From a virus (lineage: Duplodnaviria; Caudoviricetes): 64,000 bases of DNA. Under the pieces are notes generated by a model. The model had not been told where the DNA came from. It saw only the letters and a list, made by a program, of their open reading frames with translations, and did not search any database. Of the stretch, positions 55,586 to 64,000 are shown in pieces. Position numbers and translations under genes: made by a program. The number at the start of each line of letters is the position of its first letter. The first letter of the stretch is position 1. The stretch is taken from positions 96,404 through 160,403 of IMG/VR virus record IMGVR_UViG_3300014039_000013. One strand, given 5' to 3'.

Positions 55586-55913
55586 TAATTGGACAATTTA
55601 TGTTCTTTATTTTGTTTCTAGTAATTTATTATAGAAATATTTAAAGAATATAGATTGTCCTTTTATGTTATTATAGGAGTGTATTAAAAATTATAACAAT
55701 AGTTATGGATTCACATATTCAAATAAATCAGAATATAAATCAATAATATATCTTAATAAACATGAATCAATTTCAGAATTAATAAATACAATATCTCATG
55801 AATCATCTCATTTAATTTACCATATTAATAATAAATATTCTGATGAAGTTCGGAGTACATTAATAGGAAATTTATCTGAATTGATTTTTAATAAATTTGT
55901 TTTAAAGAGTTAA
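55551..55913 (+). CDS. Small zincin-like protein (TAG=Gln, start uncertain)
   Basis: GFTYS...NTISHESSHL (HExxH). Confidence 0.55.
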
Positions 55914-55951
55914 AAAAAATAAATTTTATTTCGTTAATAAAAATTAATATT

Positions 55952-56125
55952 ATGGAAAATTTATTTGGAAAAGCTTACGAAACAATCGGGAATACGAATT
56001 CTGATTTGCTTTTAAAAACACGTGGTGAAATTAAAATGCAAATCGGAAATCAATATTTAGATTTGTCTAGTAAACTAACAGATTTAGAAAATAGAATTAA
56101 AGCGTTAGAAAATAATAATCATTAA
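55952..56125 (+). CDS. Small hypothetical protein
   Basis: 57 aa, MENLFGKAYE. Confidence 0.6.
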   Translation: MENLFGKAYETIGNTNSDLLLKTRGEIKMQIGNQYLDLSSKLTDLENRIKALENNNH

Positions 56126-56139
56126 ATGTTAATGTAAAT

Positions 56140-57189
56140 ATGGATATTGATGACATTGATTTAGAAGATCCTATTGAAGACAGCGAACCTGTTGAAGAAT
56201 AGAACTCTGAAGATTCGTATTCTCCTCCTGAAAATCAAAATGCAGATGATATTATTACATCTCTTTTGAAAGATAGAGGAATAGATGATACGAATAAAAT
56301 TAAATTTGAAGATGAAAATGGTCTAATTACAGAAAAATCTTGGAATCAACTTTCTGTTGATGAAAAAAAGAATATTCTAAATTAGTCACCAACAGCAGAT
56401 CCAGATGTTGATTTAGATTCACAAGAGATTGAAATGCTTAATCAAATGAGATTGGCAGGAATGAATCCAGAGCAATATGTAACAGCACTAAGAAAGTAGG
56501 GCGCTGATTATGCTATTGCTCAAAATAAGAATTCAAATGATGAATCAAATCTGAAAACTGCTGATTTAACAGACGACGAGTTATACGTATTAGATTTACA
56601 ATATAGATCACCTGATATGACAGATGAAGAGATTGCTCAATCTCTAAATATTGCTAAACAAAATACTGGATTATTTGAAAAACAAGTAGAAGGATTAAGA
56701 CAGTATTATGCAAATTTAGAGAGCGAAGAAATGTCTCGTAAAGAACTAGAAGAACAGCAATAGAGAGAAGCTCAATTCCAAGAGTATGCTAATTATATTT
56801 AGCAATCTATTAACAATTTAAATAATGTTGGTAGTATGGATATTTCTTTGTCTAATGATGACAAAAATGAGCTTGCTTAGTTTATTTTAGGAAGAGATTA
56901 GGCTGGTATAAATTGGTTCGGTAAAGCCTTAGAAGACCCAGATACAGTAACTAGAATGGCATGGTTTGCATTAAAAGGAGAAGATGCATTTAATGAAATA
57001 GAAAGTTACATAGCATAGCAGATTAAAACTACTGCATAGAATTATTATAATAAGGGATTACAAGATGGTAAAAATGGAGTAATCAATAATCCATCTTCTA
57101 AAGTTGTTGTAACTAGTCCACAACAAAATCCCAACGGTTTTATAAACCGAAAGAACGAACCAATTGGACTGGAAGATATAGATTTTTAA
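56140..57189 (+). CDS. Acidic protein upstream of MCP, putative scaffold (TAG=Gln); absent from ORF track
   Basis: 349-aa read-through ORF; D/E-rich; position. Confidence 0.72.
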
Positions 57190-57202
57190 AAAATTATTTA
57201 TT

Positions 57203-60200
57203 ATGATTGTAGCAAATTTTGTAACAAACCGCCCCACAATGGGCGAAACTCGTACTTACGAAGACTTTTATAAATTTTTGGGTAGATTTAGTGCCCAAAC
57301 AAAATCTTGTGAAGTGCTTAAATCCCTCTATATTGCTACAATTAATTATTATGGGTAATAAGCAGCAAAACGTGAAAGCGGATGTTCAACGACTAACTCA
57401 CCATACATTTTGGGACATGAGCGCAAGATTGAAATAAAGATATAGTCTGATCTATTATGATAGTAAAATAATAGTTAATAAGATTAAATTCTTATGGATA
57501 ACAACTGACTAAACCTCATAAATTAGGTGTAGTATCACGTTTGTATCCTGAATTGACAGCCTCTTATTTAACTGAGAGTCTTAGAAACATCTTCTATCAA
57601 AATTCTAAGTCAAATTAGAAGTATCAATCAATTAATAGTATGATGTTTGAATGGGAGGTTGGTTTCGACCTCTAAAAATCCTTTTAAATACTGGAAAATC
57701 CTAAAACCAGTAGCAAATAAAAATGTTCAACGACTAATCGAAAGATGTATGTATAAAATTATAAAGACAATCAATATTAAAACTAGTAATTATTTTTATG
57801 GAATTATTAAATCGAGAGATTTAACATTTGATAATCAAATTGGTAATTCTGTAAATATTACAGATCCTATGACATACCAATTTAGTAAAACTAAATTTCA
57901 GCAAGCAGTTAAAGAATTTGGAGTTAAAAATTTTAGAACAGAAGTTCAAGATTACGGTGATTCGTTTGAAGAAATGTATTTAAAACTACAAGATTATTTA
58001 ACTCCTGAAAAAGTTGCTCAAATAGAATGTTATAATAATATTTATCCTATACAAAATTTAACATATTATGTATACGATAAGAATGGATATTATCTTGGAG
58101 AAATGCATAATTACGATGCTGACATTATCTTAAATGGACTCAAAGTCAAAGACCTATATATATGTCCACGCAAAGGTAAAAATTTCGCTCACGCAAAGAA
58201 AATGTTTATTCAAGAAAGACCTGTTTTTAAATATGATATTAATGGTAATTTAATGAAACGTTATGATACACAAGTAGAAGCAGAACAAGATAATAAATAT
58301 TCTAATATAACAAAATCTATTAAATTAAAGCAAGCTTGTAAGAATGGTTATTTTTGGAGTATGCAAGAACTTCCAAAATTAAATTGGAAAAACAGAAAAT
58401 GGGTTCAACAATATGATAAAGATGGTAATTATATTAGAGGATGGAAATTTAAAAAACAATGTTATAGAGACATTGATTATTCTATTTTTAAATCTTTTAA
58501 TACTAATGAACCATATCACGATGGTTTTTTATATTTTTATGATTAAAAAAAGGATACTCATTATTGAGTAATGATATAGTCTATTAAGGAAACCAATTAT
58601 ATTAAGCGCATAGAGCTTGCTGATAAACCTGTTGGTACAGGTGAAAATGGTACTGAAATCGAATTTGCTTTCAAGGAACGCTACTATGAAAAGTATGATA
58701 TTTTCATGCATGAAAAGACTCGTCAACAATTTATGGTAGTTGCTCGCCCTGTACGTAAGTCTGACAATTATTGGGTATGCACATGTCGTTTGATTGATAA
58801 TTCATATGATTCATCTATTGATTTAAGTGATTTTGAAATCGGCGACAAGACTAGATTTCAGTCTGTTGCAATGCCTGAGTTGCATAAAATATTTGTGCAA
58901 ATAAAATTTACTTAATTTCTGGAAAGTTTATCTAATCAGAAGCTAACTTTATATTTTGAGAAATATAAAAAATGTTCAACGACTAATCGCAAGGTTACAG
59001 ATATTAATCGAAAAAGTAAATAATTTTAAAAATATATTTATGAAAAAATGGAGTTATATAGTATATCAAACAACCAACATAATTAATAATAAAATTTACA
59101 TAGGTATACACAAAACAAAAGATCCGAACGTGTTTGATGGATATATTGGATGTGGGGTTTATATATCACAACCGTATACCTATCAACATGCTAAAACAGC
59201 TTTTCAACACGCTGTAAAAAAATACGGCCCTAAAAACTTTAGAAGACAAACAATAGCAATATTTGACACTATTGAAGAAGCTTCAGATTTAGAAGAACAA
59301 ATCGTTAATGAAAAGTTTTTAGCTAGATCCGATGTTTATAACATGGTTCTAGGTGGACTTGGTGGATATTTCATTTATAATAGAATCAAAGTTTATCAAT
59401 ATGATTTAAATGGTAATTTTATAAAAGAATATAATAGTATGATTGATGCAGCATTACAATTAAATTGCGATTATACATTAATTTCATACGCAGTTAGAAA
59501 AAAATCTATTGCAAAAAATTACTTATGGAATACAGATAAACTTGAAAAATTGGATTTGTCACTTTATAATCTTGGAAACAATCACCAAATTAAATTATAT
59601 TTATATAATATTAATGGCGATTATATAAAAGAGTATAAAAATCAAACAATAATGTCAAAAGAATTAAATGTATCAACTACTTCTATACGAAATTCTAGAT
59701 TACTAGGATCTGTTTTAAAAAAACAATATTATGTATCTACAGAAAAAGCAGAATCGTATAGTTTAGCTAGAAGCATTTATCTTGATAATAGACCAGTATA
59801 CAAATATGATAAAAACGGATGTTTTATAGAAGAATATACATCACAAAAAGAAGCACTGATAAAAAATCCAAATAGTAATATTAATAAATCTATTCGATTA
59901 AAATGTGTTGATAATAATAATTTTATATGGGGCTTATCAAAATTAGAATATTATAATCAACCAAAAAATAATAAGAAAAAGCGTGTTGGTAAATTTGATT
60001 TAAATGGAAATTTGATAAAAGAATATGAATCTGTTACAATGGCAGAAAAAGAAAACGGAACATCTGTTTGGAAGGTGTTATCTGGAATAAATAAAACTCA
60101 TAAATCTCATATGTATAAATATATTTAATTAATTAATGATATAGTCTAAATTATAATAATTTGGAAGAGGGTTACGTTAAGTATTAGAGCAATATTGAAA

Positions 60201-63200
60201 GACATAGAAACTTCATCAGTACTCATCGTGTGCGAAAAGCATCGTTTGCACGATATTATTTAATTATTAGTATTAATTAAATATTAAAACCTCTTAAAAT
60301 ACTGGAAAATCTCACAATCAGTAGCCAATCAAAATGGTTCAACGACTATCTGAAAAGAGTAGATAACGAAAAAAGAGGTATAATTTAATTTAAATATGAA
60401 ATATAAATTATAATGATATAGTCTATAGAGACGATAGCTATTCAGCACTTTATGCTGCTCACGAGGATCAATTTATTGCAATTGGTGAAGGTAAGGGCAA
60501 TGGTGATCTAACAGAAACCGTATACAAGATGACTAAGAAGGAAAAGAACCTTCTCGAGAACTTCTTGTGGGTTAGAAACAACGGTAACAAAAAAGTAAGC
60601 CGTTATAAAAGTTTTTAAAATTCTGAAACGTCTAAATATAGAAAATCAGAAGCGATTGAAATCGTTCAGAGACTATCCAAAAGGAGTAATTTTAATAATG
60701 AAATATAAACGCTAAAGATATAGTCCAAATATTATAGTAATATAATAAGAAGATTGTTACTCTTCAACAAGTGTAATGTGGATAAAATAATTGTTCACTT
60801 AAAATTTTTCTAATTTCTGGAATATTAAATTAAATCAGAAGCTAATGTATTGTATGTTATTCAACAATATAAAAGTTCAACGACTAAATAATTAAATAAA
60901 TTTAATGGAAAATAATTTTATGAAATACATAGTATATCTAACAACAAATCTAATTAACAATAAAATTTATATTGGTGTACATTAGACTGAAAATCCTGAC
61001 ATATTTGATGGATATTTAGGTTGTGGGTCATGGATAAGTAAACCATATTCTTATAATAAATGTAAATATCCAATACACGCAGCAATTAATAAATATGGTC
61101 CAAAGAATTTTAAAAGAATCACATTAAAAGTTTTTGACAAACTTGAAGATGCTTTAGATTTAGAAAGATGGTTAGTTACAGAAGAGTTTATAAAAAGATC
61201 TGATACATACAATGCTGTTTTAGGTGGAGGATTACAGCCTAAAACAAATAAAAAGGTATACCAATTCGATATATATGGAAAATTAATAAAAGAATGGGAA
61301 TCTGGTATTAGTATAAATAAATATTATAGATGTTCTGTTTCTATAATCGAAATAATAAATCAAAAAAGAAGTTTCGCTGGAAGTTATTGGAGTTATAATA
61401 ATACCATTGATGTTAATAATTATAAATCTGAATTAAACCACGGATTTATAAATCAATATAATTTAAATGGTGATTTTCTATCAATGTTTAAGAATGCAAC
61501 AGAGACATCTCAAAAACTTGATATAGATTTAAAAAAAATAATATCTGCGGTTTTTAGAAAAAAACCGTGTGAAGGATATTATTTTTTAAAATCTGACGTA
61601 GATATTGCACAAGTAATTTCTCCAGTTTTTAATCATAAATATGGTAAATCACATATATATGAATATGATAAGAATGGGAATTATTTAAAATATTATAATT
61701 CATTATTAGAAGTAAAAAAAATTAATAATTATAGTGCATATAGATTAAAAAAATCAATTTTAAATAAAACCATTTTAAATGATAAATATTACAGTTATTA
61801 TAAATCTGATAATATCAAAAATATAATAAAAACATCTAAACCAATTATAAAAATATTACAATACGATTTGAAAGGTAATTTTATAAAAGAATGGGAATCT
61901 ATTAAATCATGTAAAAAGCAATTTAAAAATTGCACTAGAGTATGTCAAGGGTATTTAAAATCTACAGATGGTTATGTATTTAAATATAAAATTAAAGATA
62001 TAGTCTGATCTATCATAATGATAGTTAACAGAATGAAAAACGGTAAAGCTACGATATGCGATCCTGATACTGGTCGTCCTATAGATGTATGTTGGACGCA
62101 AAAAACTATTTATAAAATGCTGAAACAAAGAAAACAATCAGCAGCCACATAAAAATATTGGTTCAACGACTATCTGAAAAGAGTAGATAACGAAAAATAA
62201 ATTACAATTTTGTAAAGATATAGTCTAATTTTAAATGAAATTTATCTTTTAATACAAACTATTATAGAAGTAAAAAGATTATGAAATATATTGTATATTT
62301 AACAACAAATTTAGTAAACAACAAGATTTACATTGGAGTTCATCAAACAGACAATCCTGATGTATTTGATGGATATTTGGGTTGTGGTGTATTTATTAAT
62401 GCACCTAAAACCTATAATAAAAAACTAACTACATTTCATTGTGCGGTAGCAAAATATGGACCTGAAAACTTTAAGCGGACTACATTAAAAGTTTTTAATA
62501 AACTTGAAGACGCTTTAGATTTAGAAAGATGGTTGGTTTGTCCTGAATTTTTAAAACGAACAGACACATACAATACAATATTAGGAGGAAGTCTTCAACC
62601 TAAATTAAATAAAAATATTCATCAATATACAATAGAGGGGAAATTTATAAAAACTTGGAATTCTATTAAAGAAATTACAGATTTTTATAATGTTAATAAA
62701 GATAGAATAAGAATGTGCATAAACGAACAGCGTTCGTTTCATTGTTCTTATTGGACTGAAGAATATTATGAAAATTTATATGATATTCTTTATCAATTCA
62801 GACCAAGTTCTAGAGGTTCAATAAAAGTATATACTATTGATGGACAATTTAAAGGAATATATTTTTCTGGAAAAGAAGTTTGTAATAAATTTAATATTAC
62901 AAGGCCAAAATTAAATTATAGGTTGGCGCACAAAACTGATTATAATGGTTATTATTTTCTAAGAGAAAATGAAAAAATTGAAGATTTTTTATCTGGTGAT
63001 ATAAGAAAACAAAAAACAATATATCAATACGATTTAAATGGAAATTTTATACAAGAATTTGATAATATTAAATCTATTAAAAAGATAATAAAAACAGTCA
63101 ATAAAAACAATTTAGAAAGAGCCATTAAAAATCAAATAAAATATGAAAATTCGTATTGGTCATACGAAAAATTAAATAAATTTAATATAGAATTAGAAAA

Positions 63201-63768
63201 TAATAAAAAAGAAATATATCAATATACATTAGACAATGTATTTATTAAAAAATGGAATAGTATATCTGAATGTAAGAAAGAATATCCTTCTGCATTACAA
63301 GTATGTTTAGGAAAAAGAAAACATTGTCATAAATTTAAATTTTCATTTAAACCAATCTGATACATAGGCGATGGCATCATTCCACAAGTGGAAAGATTCG
63401 CATCGAAGTATGCATTTAATACACTTACTTTAGAAGTGTTTAATACGGTTATAGCAACCCTGAACGAGAAGGCTGCCCAACCTACTGGAAATCACTACAT
63501 GTTCGTCTGCAATGAGCGAATGTGGCAGTTAATTCAACTTGTACTTGGCGATTACTTAGCTCGTTTCAAGACAGTTGATACTCTTCTCTATTCTAAATCA
63601 GCTAACAACTATGTAAAGGTAGGTGCTACCTTTAATTCTTATGAATTTGGTGGTAACACTATAACCTTCAAGGTTGATAGAACTTTCTCTAGAGAGTATG
63701 GCTTTGAGAAAGGTTATGCTCTTTGTTTAGATTTAACAGCAGATAAGACTTCTGCTGAACCTCCTATT
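57203..63768 (+). CDS. Major capsid protein, spliced and 3'-partial; exons 57203-57283, 57508-57660, 58589-58885, 60164-60231, 60429-60585, 60757-60783, 62036-62082, 63360-63768
   Basis: Exons join in frame (1239 nt, 413 codons): ...FLG|TKPH...WEV|ETNY...ELH|EEGY...HRV|DDSY...NNG|LLFNKCNVD|KNGK...RPI|YIGDG... Confidence 0.85.
57284..57507 (+). mobile_element. Group I intron 1 (224 nt, no ORF)
   Basis: P1 TTGGGT/GCCCAA with U.G; TTCAACGACT and GATATAGTC core; terminal G. Confidence 0.85.
57661..58588 (+). mobile_element. Group I intron 2 with HEG
   Basis: P1 GAGGTT/GACCTC; core motifs; terminal G restores frame. Confidence 0.85.
57749..58546 (+). CDS. Degenerate GIY-YIG/NUMOD1 homing endonuclease
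   Basis: YKIIKT...YFYGI; VFKYDINGN and VQQYDKDGN repeats. Confidence 0.7.
   Translation: MYKIIKTINIKTSNYFYGIIKSRDLTFDNQIGNSVNITDPMTYQFSKTKFQQAVKEFGVKNFRTEVQDYGDSFEEMYLKLQDYLTPEKVAQIECYNNIYPIQNLTYYVYDKNGYYLGEMHNYDADIILNGLKVKDLYICPRKGKNFAHAKKMFIQERPVFKYDINGNLMKRYDTQVEAEQDNKYSNITKSIKLKQACKNGYFWSMQELPKLNWKNRKWVQQYDKDGNYIRGWKFKKQCYRDIDYSIFKSFNTNEPYHDGFLYFYD
58886..60163 (+). mobile_element. Group I intron 3 with HEG
   Basis: P1 TTGCAT/GTGCAA; core motifs. Confidence 0.85.
59040..60128 (+). CDS. GIY-YIG homing endonuclease with NUMOD1 repeats
   Basis: YIVYQTTN...KIYIGIH; repeated VYQYDLNGNFIKEY. Confidence 0.88.
   Translation: MKKWSYIVYQTTNIINNKIYIGIHKTKDPNVFDGYIGCGVYISQPYTYQHAKTAFQHAVKKYGPKNFRRQTIAIFDTIEEASDLEEQIVNEKFLARSDVYNMVLGGLGGYFIYNRIKVYQYDLNGNFIKEYNSMIDAALQLNCDYTLISYAVRKKSIAKNYLWNTDKLEKLDLSLYNLGNNHQIKLYLYNINGDYIKEYKNQTIMSKELNVSTTSIRNSRLLGSVLKKQYYVSTEKAESYSLARSIYLDNRPVYKYDKNGCFIEEYTSQKEALIKNPNSNINKSIRLKCVDNNNFIWGLSKLEYYNQPKNNKKKRVGKFDLNGNLIKEYESVTMAEKENGTSVWKVLSGINKTHKSHMYKYI
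60232..60428 (+). mobile_element. Group I intron 4 (197 nt, no ORF)
   Basis: P1 ATCGTGT/GCACGAT; core motifs; splits codon GT|A. Confidence 0.82.
60586..60756 (+). mobile_element. Group I intron 5 (171 nt, no ORF)
   Basis: P1 AACGGT/GCCGTT; TTCAGAGACT and GATATAGTC. Confidence 0.82.
60784..62035 (+). mobile_element. Group I intron 6 with HEG
   Basis: P1 GTGGAT/GTTCAC; core motifs. Confidence 0.82.
60920..62008 (+). CDS. GIY-YIG homing endonuclease, one TAG at 60983
   Basis: MKYIVYLTTNLINNKIYIGVH(Q)TENPD; in frame with the 61484 fragment. Confidence 0.88.
62083..63359 (+). mobile_element. Group I intron 7 with HEG 3' of the core
   Basis: P1 CGTCCTAT/GTTGGACG; core complete by ~62226; splits codon AT|A. 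Confidence 0.8.
62281..63360 (+). CDS. GIY-YIG homing endonuclease
   Basis: ORF track; YIVY...IYIG, NUMOD1 repeats. Confidence 0.9.
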   Translation: MKYIVYLTTNLVNNKIYIGVHQTDNPDVFDGYLGCGVFINAPKTYNKKLTTFHCAVAKYGPENFKRTTLKVFNKLEDALDLERWLVCPEFLKRTDTYNTILGGSLQPKLNKNIHQYTIEGKFIKTWNSIKEITDFYNVNKDRIRMCINEQRSFHCSYWTEEYYENLYDILYQFRPSSRGSIKVYTIDGQFKGIYFSGKEVCNKFNITRPKLNYRLAHKTDYNGYYFLRENEKIEDFLSGDIRKQKTIYQYDLNGNFIQEFDNIKSIKKIIKTVNKNNLERAIKNQIKYENSYWSYEKLNKFNIELENNKKEIYQYTLDNVFIKKWNSISECKKEYPSALQVCLGKRKHCHKFKFSFKPI

Positions 63769-64000
63769 TAAACATTTGGGTAGGAGAATAAAATAACTTC
63801 TTAATTGCTGGAACATATAATAATCAGCAGTAGTAATAATATGTAGACAGGCATTTTATGTAGTATATTATTATTATTCAGAGACTAGTTACGAAACTTA
63901 CATGAAAATGGAAACAGAAGAAAATTATGAAATATATTGTATATTTAACAACAAATTTAGTAAACAACAAGATTTACATTGGAGTTCATCAAACAGACAA
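63769..64000 (+). mobile_element. Group I intron 8 (partial), HEG starts at 63927
   Basis: P1 CTCCTATT/GGTAGGAG; TTCAGAGACT; MKYIVYLTT start. Confidence 0.78.

Noticed and set aside
18457-57189. Mass pseudogenisation or sequencing error to explain fragmented ORFs
   Set aside because: Breaks are nearly all in-frame TAG, frames continue, and a CTA tRNA is present
57647-59039. ORF-track starts at 57647 and 58956, and ORF 58706-58915 as a stand-alone gene
   Set aside because: The extensions run through intron cores; 58706 is part of capsid exon 3

Overview
This window is about 64 kb of a very AT-rich crAss-like (Crassvirales-type) Bacteroidetes phage genome. The left arm (to ~17.2 kb) is transcribed leftward. 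It holds small early and membrane genes, seven intact tRNAs, a phiEco32-type amidoligase/glutamine-amidotransferase cluster, and a holin-like gene plus amidase endolysin. A divergence point at ~17.2-17.5 kb is followed by a short operon carrying an amber-suppressor tRNA (anticodon CTA, unusually with a long variable arm). Beyond this point most genes are recoded (TAG=Gln), so the supplied ORF track fragments or misses them. Reading TAG as Gln restores: two convergent arrays of putative virion cargo proteins with shared N-termini and different C-terminal enzymes; a T4-T-like holin candidate; terminase; portal; and tail fibres flanking a TAG-free GT2 glycosyltransferase. It also restores a diversity-generating retroelement (target 49744-51324, VR/TR, RT 51677-52891, no avd gene seen) and a six-gene 'CCC' module with its own promoter. 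The major capsid gene is split by at least 8 group I introns, five carrying GIY-YIG homing endonuclease ORFs. All calls come from manual translation and pattern recognition; no database search or folding software was run.
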